From Candidatus Peregrinibacteria bacterium (lineage in GTDB: Bacteria; Patescibacteriota; Gracilibacteria; UBA1369; 2-02-FULL-48-14), in assembly GCA_018658105.1 (NCBI GenBank), contig JABHVW010000012.1, positions 9,604 through 73,603 of the forward strand: a stretch of 64,000 nt of DNA, written 5' to 3'. The first letter of the stretch is position 1. Every line of letters starts with the position of its first letter. Positions 1 to 10,200 of this stretch are shown piece by piece. The position numbers were made by a program, and so were the translations under genes. Under the pieces are notes generated by a model. It searched no databases, was not told the DNA's origin, and saw nothing but the letters and a program-made list of their open reading frames with translations.

Positions 1-2265
1 AAGCGGATCGCCACCTGTAATATATACTTCAATTCCATCTTGAATCCCACCATCATCACTATCTGGGTTGAGAGGGTCGGTATCGTATAGATCGATTTCA
101 TCGTTATCATTTAATCGATCTTCATCTGTATCTGCATTATTTGGGTCGGTTCCATGAAGATTAACTTCATCACCGTCGATTAGGCTATCTTCATCGCTAT
201 CTTCTAATAGTGGATCGGTGAAATATACTAGGACCTCTTCGCCATCATTTAGTCCATCAGCATCTGTATCTGCTCTCATAGGATATGTTCCAATTATACC
301 TTCTTCATAATCAGTTAGGCCGTCATCGTCAGAATCATAATCTGATGGGCTTAATAGGAATTCAAATATAACTTTTTCGTCAGAATTACTTGTTCTAGCA
401 ATTGTAAATGATTCATCAATTATTTCTTCATAGTCGACGAGACTTGTAGTTGCAGTAAAAGTAGGAATTTCTGGAGAAGGTGGGATCGGACATGAAAAAG
501 TTCCATGTTGTCCCCAAACTCTATTTAACAGATAGAAACAGTCATATTCAGCTCCTTCTGAATTTGCAGTTACTACAAATGTTTCGGCAAGATGATCTGA
601 ATCAGCTATGTATTCATCTTCTGAATTATATAAGAGAAGCTCATAGGCAAAATCAGGATGAATTGAGACGGCTTCAGATTGTTCTAAAATTCTTTCTGTA
701 TCTAAATTGCCACTTTCCATTTCTATAAAGCCATCCATGTCATTTACTAGGAAATTAAATGCATCGTCTGTGTTTACTGTTATTAGGTAAGATGGCCTGC
801 CAATTTCATAAATATCACCATAACTTGGATAGTCGTAGTGAGTGTCTGTTCTTTCTACTGAGAGAATTTCTCCATCAACTGGTCCATCGATAATTGTGAA
901 ATTGCTTTCATCAAGGCCTTCAATCAAATTAGACCAAGGGCCATTTTTGTATTCGACACTTACATAAGTATATGCAATTGATTCCATTTCATCAGGACTA
1001 ATGTAGTCTACGATGCTATCAATATTTAAAACTTGACTGTCACTATCAGCGAAATATAAATTATGATTTATGTCGCTAGCTGCAATGTTATCTTCTACTC
1101 TTGACCTTTCTAAAACTAAGAAAACGCTCTCGTTTAGAAGTATTCCACCTCCAGTAAAGCTAGATTCATTATCATAGATTTCAGTATCTTGAATAAGTAT
1201 TGATTCTTCTTCTGTACCCGGGCCATACCATTCTGGTCGGCCCTCTAGATTAATTGCTGCACCTTCGACTGCTGTATTACCCGTGAAAGTACTTCCAATA
1301 ATTTCCATTAAATAGTGACTATGGTCATAAATTGCCCCACCATAATCTGCGCTGTTATTTATAAAACCTGAATCAATTATTCTTGTATTACCATTCCCAT
1401 GTATTGCACCACCGTAACTATTGGCACTATTGCTATCAAAAATTGATCTTTCAACTGTTAGGTCTGAAAAGCTACCTTGTTGGTGAATTGCTCCACCAAA
1501 TGTTCCAAAATTATTCTCAAATATTGAGTCGTAAACATTTGCAACACTTAGGTTATTTATTGCAGAACCACCACCATATTCATTGTTTACGTTATCTATG
1601 AATAGTGAATCTCTAACTTCTAAAATTTCTTGGTTGTATATTGAGTGCAGTAAGTTGGCCTCAAAGGTAGAATCATTGATATGAGCTGTACCTTCATTAT
1701 CAATTCCTATGTCAGCATTTGAAATATGGATGTTATTCAATTGTAAAATTGCATCTTCTTCTACTTGAAATAAGATTTTATCAATGGGTTCCCTCATCCA
1801 TTCAGGTAATTCTGGGTCACCATCTTCATCTGGGTGGTGCAACTGAATTATTTGTACATCTTGGTCAGCTTCAGCTATAAAAATGATTTCTGAGCTAATT
1901 GTAAGAGTGTCATCTATTGTGATGGCGAAAGGTTCAACTCCATCGTATTCGAAACGAATTTCTGAAGCAGTATCTGGAGGTGTAACATTTGCTATGCTTA
2001 AGGCCGTTCTTAGGTCACATAGAGTTAGTGGATTATCATCAGCACATGTGAGTGGATCTGTTTCTAAGATCCTGCCCGAAAATTCGTCTGTGTTTGTGTT
2101 AACTGTATAAACAATTGGGCCTATTTCGATTACATCATCAAGATCACCTTTAAATAGGGAAGAATTGCTGAATATAAATGCTAGGCCACTTAAAGTAATT
2201 AAACCAATAAGTAGGAATATGAGCTTCTTTAAACTGTGCTTAGGCGCAGGTGTAATATTGTCCAT
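1..2265 (-). CDS. Giant surface protein; only the N-terminal 755 codons are in the window (3' end runs off base 1). Signal-anchor, Pmp-type beta-helix repeats, Cys-pair module, TSP3-like acidic repeats
   Basis: Absent from the ORF track because no stop lies in the window. My reverse translation from the ATG at 2263-2265 gives MDNITPAPKHSLKKLIFLLIGLITLSGLAFIFSNSSLFKGDL... and stays open in frame to base 1. It shows GGAIH/GGAIY plus FxxN repeats, then DSDDDGLTDYEE, DTDADGLNDGEEV and DSDEDSLIDGDEV repeats. The N-terminus is paralogous to the next three genes. Confidence 0.8.
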   Translation of the reverse strand, partial: MDNITPAPKHSLKKLIFLLIGLITLSGLAFIFSNSSLFKGDLDDVIEIGPIVYTVNTNTDEFSGRILETDPLTCADDNPLTLCDLRTALSIANVTPPDTASEIRFEYDGVEPFAITIDDTLTISSEIIFIAEADQDVQIIQLHHPDEDGDPELPEWMREPIDKILFQVEEDAILQLNNIHISNADIGIDNEGTAHINDSTFEANLLHSIYNQEILEVRDSLFIDNVNNEYGGGSAINNLSVANVYDSIFENNFGTFGGAIHQQGSFSDLTVERSIFDSNSANSYGGAIHGNGNTRIIDSGFINNSADYGGAIYDHSHYLMEIIGSTFTGNTAVEGAAINLEGRPEWYGPGTEEESILIQDTEIYDNESSFTGGGILLNESVFLVLERSRVEDNIAASDINHNLYFADSDSQVLNIDSIVDYISPDEMESIAYTYVSVEYKNGPWSNLIEGLDESNFTIIDGPVDGEILSVERTDTHYDYPSYGDIYEIGRPSYLITVNTDDAFNFLVNDMDGFIEMESGNLDTERILEQSEAVSIHPDFAYELLLYNSEDEYIADSDHLAETFVVTANSEGAEYDCFYLLNRVWGQHGTFSCPIPPSPEIPTFTATTSLVDYEEIIDESFTIARTSNSDEKVIFEFLLSPSDYDSDDDGLTDYEEGIIGTYPMRADTDADGLNDGEEVLVYFTDPLLEDSDEDSLIDGDEVNLHGTDPNNADTDEDRLNDNDEIDLYDTDPLNPDSDDGGIQDGIEVYITGGDPL

Positions 2266-2293
2266 ACGTGTTTTTATCTACTTATTATAACAT

Positions 2294-2321
2294 AAAACCT
2301 CCTTTTTAGTAAGGAGGTTTT
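2294..2321 (-). terminator. Stem-loop between two giant surface-protein genes (AAAACCTCC-N9-GGAGGTTTT), a likely intrinsic terminator or attenuator
   Basis: A 9-10 bp GC-containing stem flanked by A and T runs, 22 nt below the stop at 2343. A TATAAT (reverse complement of 2284-2289) follows on the minus strand, ahead of the ATG at 2265. Confidence 0.5.
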
Positions 2322-2342
2322 ATTAGATTTAGCTTTTGTTTA

Positions 2343-5300
2343 TTACCTTGAGGAGATTTGACCTAGGCCTGTGTAAGCTCTAAGTACATATGTTATTGCT
2401 TCAGCACGGTTAGTGTAACCTTGAGGTTTACATGATCCGTCTGGGTAACCAGTAATCATAGGGGTTGTGAACCCAGTAGGGAACTCAACAATCCAATCTG
2501 TCATTATTGCGAAGGCATATGCCCAAGGATCACTATTTCTTATGTCATTACAGACTTTAGTAATGTCGTAATCGAATGAGGTTAATCCGTATAATCTTGC
2601 TTCCCACACCACCATATCTGCACGAGTTGCAGGCAGGTTAGGATTAACGAATCCACCATCGCTTACGTGAGTAATGTTGTAGAGTTTATCTAGTGCATAT
2701 AGATTTCGGTACCAGTCTCCATCGCTTACATCTGCGTAATTTACGGGTAAGCTGCTCCCTTCGTATTCGCTGATACCAGCTGCACGTAATATAAATGCGA
2801 GTAGTTCAGCTCGAGTAACAGTTCCGGCAGGATCGAAGATCACATTTGTTTTACCTTTAGCGATTCCTAGGCTGTAACCTATACAAACTGCTTTTTCATA
2901 CCAAGGTTCTCCAGTGTGAGTATCGATAAATGGATCTCTACAGCTATTTACTGCATCAATAATACTTTGTCTCTTGTCGTCATCTGTTTCTAGTGGGGGG
3001 TCTGGATCAACTTGAGTAGTTACTTCTTCTTGAACTTCAACTCGACGTCTTACTTCGAGTGCAGGGTTTCCAGCTGCATCACTTACATTGTAAGTTACAT
3101 AGTAAACTCCAGAAATAAGATTGTTAACAGGGTTGTTAACAGAGATTTGATCTGTAATGTCACCGTCAGTATCGTCTGTTGCAGTTGCACCTTGATCAGC
3201 ATATGCACTTGCATATGGCATGATTTCATCTGAACCGTTCATAGTGATTACAGGTGGGGTAGTGTCTGCTAGTGGCACGCCGTCTGCAAGCACTGTTACA
3301 GTTCTTATAACTTCTACAGCAGGGTTTCCAGCCACATCACTCACATTGTAAGTTAGAAGGTATTCACCGGCTATATTCGTATCTACTACTTCGCCACCAA
3401 TTACAATTGAATCAGTGAGATCTCCGTCACGGTCATCTGTGGCAGTTGCGCCTGGCTCGGTATAGATGCTAGCAAATAATAGTGTTTTATCTCCTTCTAC
3501 AAGTGTAATTACAGGTGGTGTTGCATCTAAGCCGACACCTTCTTCAAGTACTGTTACAGTTCTTATAACTTCTATAGCAGGGTTTCCAGCAGTGTCAGAA
3601 ACGTTGTAGGTCATAGTGTAAACTCCAACGATGCTTGAGTTGACTGTGTCTCCGCCAACAATGATTAAATCTGTAATGTCACCATCAACATCATCTGTGG
3701 CAGTTGCGCCTAAGTCTTCATAGATTGAATCAATTTCTATTGTTTCATTTGCTCCGATTAGAGTTATGACAGGTGCTGATATGTCATCAACAATAGTGAT
3801 GTTTCTTGTTTTTTGTATTGCAGGGTTCCCAGCAGAATCACTTACATCATATGTTAATGTGAAAGTTCCTACTGTGCTTGTGTCGATAAAGGTTCCACCG
3901 AGCACAACGTTATCTGTTAGAAATCCATCTACATTATCAGTAGCTGAATAACCTGGTTCTTCATATACAGCGCCCTTGCTGATTTCTATTGAATCAGGTG
4001 GGAAAAGAGAAATACTGGGTGGGGTAGTATCTGGAGCTCCATCAAGATCTTCAGTTACTATTATTGAATCTTCACAATCTACGCCATTACCCAGAGCTCT
4101 TGCTGTAATAATGTCGCCAATTCTTATTCCTGAATGATAAACCGTTGTTAATGTGTTGTTCCCAACAATAGGTACAGCGATTGGGCTTCCAATAATATCT
4201 TCTTCTGGTATTAGACCACCAAAAGTGAATTCAGAATCTAAATTGTTATTTGAGAAGTGTAAGGTTCCAGACCAAATATCATGATCTGAAGCAGTGTATA
4301 CGTTGATAAAACTTAGTACATCATATATCCAATTTGGGAAGAAGCTAATAACTACTTCTTCACCAGAAATATTTAATGACACTTCGATATCAGTATCTGC
4401 TACTCCTGACATTTCCTCGGTTATAGAGAAAGAACTTGGGATTAAATTTATAAGGTCACATGAAAATTCGTATGGGATTTCTGTAACTGTTACAAAACGA
4501 TATACAGGATCTGCATAATTGAAAACTCTATCATTTGCTTTGTATTCAATAGTGTAAATAGCTGGAGTGCTTGTGTCGATATAATCAGATACGGTTTCTT
4601 CTTCACCTACATCGAAAGTATCACCTTCAAGCTCACTTACTCTTATTCGTACTTGATCACTTATGTCTCCTTCAACATCATCGATGACAGTTACGCCTGC
4701 ATCTGTATATTCTTCGCCTATATAAACAGTGAGTTCTTCTTCACCAAGTAATGTTATTATTGGGGCTTCTTCATCGAAATCTGTATCTTCTCTGACTCCA
4801 ATGAATGCGCCACAGTCACCGCTGATTGCGCCATCGGGCCCTTGTGCACGGAAGTTAAGGGTTGTTCCTATTTTTACTCCTGTAACTCTTAGGTCGAAAC
4901 TATGTTCATTTCCAGTAAGAGGGAAGGCTAGTTCTGTTCCATCAAATGGTTCACCTTCAATTGGTTCGTAGTAGAAATGAGTTGGTACTTCCATATCTTC
5001 TGAGCCAGTGCTCAGTGCAGTAAATTCACCTTCAAAAATTCCACCAATAGGTGAACTGACTGCTTCAAAGTCAATATGTACAATTGTATCAACATCATGA
5101 CTTTCATCATCAATATGAGTTACTGCTATACCTGCTTCAGGAGAGTCTATAGGGTCAGTTGTAATTGTACATGAGAATTCAGCATCTTCTGGGATTGCAG
5201 GAATGTCATCTAAAGGTTCAAATGGGTCACGACCAGCTTCTACTTCTGACCCATCCCATTCACCGCCATCATCTGTATCAGGATCTAAATGGCTTGTGCC

Positions 5301-7286
5301 TAGTGCACTTTCTTCGTCATTTGTTAGTCCGTCTCCGTCTGGATCTAAGTAGATTTCTAAGCGGAAATATTTTTCAATTTGAGCATCTGCGTGCGCAGTT
5401 CTTGCATCTGCAGATTCTTCAATAATGATTGTTTCATCACCTAGTCTCTCTAAGGAGTAAGTTATGATTTCTCCGTCGCCCATTAATGGGACAAGACATG
5501 TAAATACACTTGAGTCGAATTCATCCCCTTCAGTTAACTCATCTTTAAGATAAGTACATGCAGTGTCGTTTGCTGTGATTGTCCATTCTAGAGTTGTGAA
5601 CTCATCATTTGTAATATCTGGAACTTCGATTAGGTATGCGTGATCCATAAAAACTTCTGTTTCTGGGAATTCATAATCTAATTCGCCTTCTTCTGGGCTG
5701 ATCTCATCAATTGTATATACTTCATCTGCACTAAGAATTAGTACTTTATCAACAAAGCCAGTTACGTTTTGAATTGTGATCGTATGGTCTTCATCATAAT
5801 TTACAAGTATCTGGTATCTTGAATAATCTTCATCGTTTGATGTGAAGTTTAAGATTTCACTATCAGACTCGCTAGTTAATAAGAAATTTTCTTCAGTTAA
5901 ATTTTCAATTTCGTCTCCAGCTTCATCTTTTAAGTCTATGTTAATAATGAACATATCACCTAGAATTGACTCAATATTCACTATTGCTTCGTCTCCATTT
6001 ACATTATGGATGTTGTCTTCTCCGTCATCTGCAATGTTGCTTGAAATGAATGATCTTTCAATTGTTAATGGATTCTCAGGGTAAAGTGAGTTGTAAAGGC
6101 CACCACCAGATTCCGTCGCGTGATTTTCTGTGACAACTACATCGTTAAATACTTGTTCACCCACTGATGGAGATTCCTCTTCTGAGTGTGGAGAGCCTAT
6201 GTAGATTGCTCCACCATATGGAGCTTCATTAGCGGTTAATGCTATTGAATTTAGGTTGAATGCACCTGGCCCGGTTTTGAAGATTGCACCACCAGAGCTT
6301 GAAGCCGTATTATTTGCCATTCCAATTCCTTCAGCTCCTGTGATTGTATTGTTAGTACCTTCTAATGCATCGATGTATATTGCAGCACCTCTTGTAGCCA
6401 TATTGTTGAGGAAGCTTGTGCTAGCTATTTCTAAATCACCATTACCTGTTTTGTAAATTGCTCCACCAGGGTTAACTATTGAAATTGCTTCAGTAACAGT
6501 GAAGTCACTAAATACTGAGTTATTAATTGTTAAATCACCTTCGTGAATAGCTATACCTGCAACATTGTCTGTATTGCTGTTATCTGTGAAAGTTGAGTCT
6601 TCGATTGTAACTGTGCCCCCTCTACTTACGATTAGACCTTCATTGTCTGAGCTTGCTTGTAATTCGTTTTGATCAAATAATCCGTTTGTTATTGTTGTGT
6701 GTGAATCTGCTGTACTATTTAATACAACATAACCCGCATTGAATTGGAAAGTACCATTTTCGATGCTTAGAGTTCCACCCGCATTTTCTATTCCATTTGT
6801 ACTATTAGATAAAGTCATATCTACTAGCCTAAGATCTGTACCAGCATTCATTTTGAGCAATTTGCTTAAGTGCCCCTCAGCAAATAGTGTGGTTGTTTGT
6901 AGTGTAACTCGATCTTCAAAATCGATTACTACTTGGGCAGCAGTATTTGTTATTACTAATGTTTCAGATTCATCATCTTCTAATGGAGTTGCGTCTTCAA
7001 TTGAGACTGAAATTACGCTTTCATCAAATTCAATAAGTACGTCTTCAATACTTTCATTTGCTGCAGCGATTGCATCTTGAAGATCACAAAGAGTATCGGG
7101 GTCTTCATCTGTACAGTCGAGAGCTGTTGGAATATCAGCTGAATATACGAAGCTGGACTCTACAGTGTATTGAGGGCCTTCCCAGAAATCGGTGAAATCA
7201 CCTTTGAATAAATTGGTATTGCTAAGCAAAAAAGCTACTGCTCCGATTGTTACTATTGCGAGCAGGATATATAGGACCTTTTTCAT
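2343..7286 (-). CDS. Giant S-layer-homology-anchored surface protein (1647 aa): signal-anchor, Pmp-type beta-helix, Cys-pair modules, TSP3-like repeat, 5 Ig-like (DUF5011/HYR-type) domains, 3 C-terminal SLH domains
   Basis: ORF track. Contains GGAIYKTG, GGAIFKTG and YGGAIYIG Pmp-like motifs. Repeats of PPVITLxG...Y.D.GATATDD.DGD.TD...G.Y..TYNVSD.AGNPA...R.V.V. The C-terminus has WY..AV...GI..G...FDP....TRAE SLH-like units. Confidence 0.9.
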   Translation of the reverse strand: MKKVLYILLAIVTIGAVAFLLSNTNLFKGDFTDFWEGPQYTVESSFVYSADIPTALDCTDEDPDTLCDLQDAIAAANESIEDVLIEFDESVISVSIEDATPLEDDESETLVITNTAAQVVIDFEDRVTLQTTTLFAEGHLSKLLKMNAGTDLRLVDMTLSNSTNGIENAGGTLSIENGTFQFNAGYVVLNSTADSHTTITNGLFDQNELQASSDNEGLIVSRGGTVTIEDSTFTDNSNTDNVAGIAIHEGDLTINNSVFSDFTVTEAISIVNPGGAIYKTGNGDLEIASTSFLNNMATRGAAIYIDALEGTNNTITGAEGIGMANNTASSSGGAIFKTGPGAFNLNSIALTANEAPYGGAIYIGSPHSEEESPSVGEQVFNDVVVTENHATESGGGLYNSLYPENPLTIERSFISSNIADDGEDNIHNVNGDEAIVNIESILGDMFIINIDLKDEAGDEIENLTEENFLLTSESDSEILNFTSNDEDYSRYQILVNYDEDHTITIQNVTGFVDKVLILSADEVYTIDEISPEEGELDYEFPETEVFMDHAYLIEVPDITNDEFTTLEWTITANDTACTYLKDELTEGDEFDSSVFTCLVPLMGDGEIITYSLERLGDETIIIEESADARTAHADAQIEKYFRLEIYLDPDGDGLTNDEESALGTSHLDPDTDDGGEWDGSEVEAGRDPFEPLDDIPAIPEDAEFSCTITTDPIDSPEAGIAVTHIDDESHDVDTIVHIDFEAVSSPIGGIFEGEFTALSTGSEDMEVPTHFYYEPIEGEPFDGTELAFPLTGNEHSFDLRVTGVKIGTTLNFRAQGPDGAISGDCGAFIGVREDTDFDEEAPIITLLGEEELTVYIGEEYTDAGVTVIDDVEGDISDQVRIRVSELEGDTFDVGEEETVSDYIDTSTPAIYTIEYKANDRVFNYADPVYRFVTVTEIPYEFSCDLINLIPSSFSITEEMSGVADTDIEVSLNISGEEVVISFFPNWIYDVLSFINVYTASDHDIWSGTLHFSNNNLDSEFTFGGLIPEEDIIGSPIAVPIVGNNTLTTVYHSGIRIGDIITARALGNGVDCEDSIIVTEDLDGAPDTTPPSISLFPPDSIEISKGAVYEEPGYSATDNVDGFLTDNVVLGGTFIDTSTVGTFTLTYDVSDSAGNPAIQKTRNITIVDDISAPVITLIGANETIEIDSIYEDLGATATDDVDGDITDLIIVGGDTVNSSIVGVYTMTYNVSDTAGNPAIEVIRTVTVLEEGVGLDATPPVITLVEGDKTLLFASIYTEPGATATDDRDGDLTDSIVIGGEVVDTNIAGEYLLTYNVSDVAGNPAVEVIRTVTVLADGVPLADTTPPVITMNGSDEIMPYASAYADQGATATDDTDGDITDQISVNNPVNNLISGVYYVTYNVSDAAGNPALEVRRRVEVQEEVTTQVDPDPPLETDDDKRQSIIDAVNSCRDPFIDTHTGEPWYEKAVCIGYSLGIAKGKTNVIFDPAGTVTRAELLAFILRAAGISEYEGSSLPVNYADVSDGDWYRNLYALDKLYNITHVSDGGFVNPNLPATRADMVVWEARLYGLTSFDYDITKVCNDIRNSDPWAYAFAIMTDWIVEFPTGFTTPMITGYPDGSCKPQGYTNRAEAITYVLRAYTGLGQISSR
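3036..4030 (-). repeat. Four tandem coding repeats of about 250 bp, one Ig-like DUF5011/HYR-type domain each; a fifth diverged copy lies near 4500-4775
   Basis: The DNA strings gggtttccagc...acattgtaagt recur at roughly 250-bp spacing. Protein repeats run from TTPPSISL... to ...EVRRRVEV. Confidence 0.85.
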
Positions 7287-7298
7287 GGTTGAAGGGGA

Positions 7299-10200
7299 TT
7301 AGAGATCGAGTCTCCCGGCTCCTGCTAGAACTCTAAGTGTGAAGGTTACAGCTTCAGCACGATTCATATATCCGCTTGGACTACAAGTTCCATCAGGGTT
7401 TCCGGTAAGTATCGTGGTCATATGACCAGTAGGCATTTCAACGTCCCATTGTGCCGCAAGCGCGAAGGCGTAGGCATAAGGATCATATTGGTTGATATCG
7501 CTACAATACTGCCTTATCTCAAAGTCGTAAAGCGTGAAATTGTATAGTCTGGCAAACCAAACGAGCATATCAGATCTAGTGGCTGGTAAATCTGGGTTTA
7601 CAAAGCCAAATTCTTCAGCATGAATCACTCCGCGTGCGTATGCAATTGCGAAATAATCTCTTGCCCAATGTTCATCCGGCATGTCAGCAAAGTTAGTATC
7701 TATGTAATAACCTTCACTTGCATATACGCCAGCAGCTCTTAATAGCATAGCCAGATATTCTGCTCGAGTTACATTTGTTACTGGATCGAATAAGTAAGCT
7801 GTTTTTCCTTCAACAACTCCAAGCTCCCAACCAATACATGCTGGGTCTGTGTACCAAAGTTCTTCTCCAAAGGCTCCTCGAGTATCAATAAATGGATCGC
7901 TATGACATGTGAAGTCGGTCTTATTATTGTCGTTATCTGTTTCTGGATTTGGCACAGGTTTTTCTTCTTGAATATTAAGTGTGTCAGTACAATCTGTTTC
8001 TTCACCGATTATGCTGGCTGTAATAATATCGTCGATACTTGCGCCAGAGTAAATTACTTGAATTTCTTCTTCACTATTTACTTCAAGCTCATAACTTGTT
8101 TCGCCGTTAGGGAAGGTCCCAGTACCTGTTGTTTCTAGTTTAAGTGTTCCAAGCCAATCAATAGCTGGTTCTTCACTAAGGAAAACTTGTGAAAAGGCAA
8201 AGATTTGTCTGAACCAATTTGGTAGAGCTACTTCATCTTCTATTTCTTCAACTTCAAGTTCAATGTCTAGAAGAATTTCGATTGTACCATTGTCTCTCTC
8301 AAGAACTCTAAAGTCATCTGGGCTTAGGTCTAGGGAAGTACAAGCATAAGTAGGTTCTTCTGGTTCACTTCGTACATCGTCTAGTGGATCAAGTGGATCT
8401 GTTAGATTGATATTTACTTCAGTACCGTCATCTACAGTTCCGCCATCAGTATCAGCCAGTAGTGGATCTGTTTCATGTGTATTTACTTCTGCACCATCTA
8501 AGAGAGTGTCATTGTCTGTGTCAGCATCAAGTGGATCAGTGAAGTGAGTATTAACTTCTTCACCATCGTTAAGGCCATCTTCGTCTGTGTCTGGTAAACG
8601 TGGGTCAGTGCCGTAAGTATTTACTTCGGCCCCATCTAGCAGATCGTCACCATCGGTGTCATCAAGTAGAGGGTCTGTTCCGTGAATATTTATTTCATCA
8701 TCGTCAGTTAAGCCGTCACCATCTGTATCTATTGGTTCGAGGGGGCCTCCTGGATCTTCAGGAAGATCATCATCTGGATCTAATGGGTCTGACCCTCTAT
8801 TTACTTCTGTTCCATCATCTATGGTTCCAAAGTCTGTATCTGCTTCAGTTGGACTAGTTCCATGAACATTCACTTCATTACCATCTGTAAGTGTATCACC
8901 GTCAGTATCTGGTAAAAGTGGATCACTGCCATATACAAGCACTTCATCTCCATCTGAAAGTCCATCGCCATCTGTGTCAGGATTGTCAGGTAGAGTTAAA
9001 TGTAAATAAGTTTCTTCATTGTCTGCAAGGCCATCACCATCTGAATCCATATTTATACTGATACTTACAATTACAGCTGGATCACTGTGTGCAGTTCTAA
9101 TTTCAGGATGATCAGCTTCTTGAGTTGATAAATGGCCAAAAGTGTTTGCTTGATAAGTGATTGTGTCACCTATGGTGCTAAGTGGTTGAGCACATCCATA
9201 AGAGCCATCTTGTTCGTAAAGTGGAAGATAGTGACATGGAATATTTGCAATATCATCTAAAATAATTACAGATGCGTAATCTATATAACCTTCTGCACCA
9301 CTGAAAACACGCACAATGTGTGAGTGGTCCATCTTAATTGTTTCTCCAATATAAATACCTAATTCTCTATTACTTAGCATGGAATATTCTGAACGAGTAT
9401 TTACAAAACCTTCGTTATCTATAACTTTTATGTAATAGAATAGATCAGAGTGCTCCTCGAAATAAGTTGCAGGGTCATATTTGATTGCTAAGATATAATC
9501 TTCAATATCTTCTGTTGCTTCTACAACTGTTGCAGGAATTAGCTCTTCTTCATCAGAGAATGCTTGGAAGTTCTCTTTGCTTAAGCCACCGATTTTTCGG
9601 CCAGCTTCATCGGTAATTTTAGCTCTGATATATGCATATTTTAAATCATCGGCGTCATTTAGTGGGTCGGTTCCATCAATTGTTTCTTGAAAGTCATCAA
9701 CTCCACCACCGTCTGAGTCTAAGCCGACTTGGTATAGAGTTACTTCATCTGTGACTTGAGGGTCATCGTGAGTATTTCTTGAAGTGTCGAATTGATTAGT
9801 GATTAGTGGGCGTCTTTCACTGGTGTGATATGTGACGTCATCATGATCTACACTGTAGTAGATAAGATCGGGTCTTATGCCTGCATTACAGCCGTAAACG
9901 CCGTCTCTGCCAATTGAGCCATGAGTTAAATGTATACAATCCAGTCCATCAGGCCCCTCTGAGGGGATACTGACATTTGCATCTGTGATGCCTGCTCCAT
10001 CTACTTCATTTACAGTTATTGTATAGCCATGGTCACTAAGGATTAGGCTAGGCTCTACATCGACAAAATCTTCTAATGGCTCATATACATCTGGCAGAGT
10101 TTGGTCAATGTAGCCATCAATGTCATGAACTTCTAGTGTGAAATCAAATGAATATGGGAATACAAATTTGTAGACTTTTTGGCTAATTACTTCACCTTCA

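Noticed and set aside
8380-9050. Regularly spaced ~69-bp DNA periodicity that could be mistaken for a CRISPR-like or other non-coding repeat array
   Set aside because: It lies inside a long uninterrupted ORF and translates to DxDxDGxxDxxE Ca-binding repeats. There are no unique spacers and no cas genes in the window.
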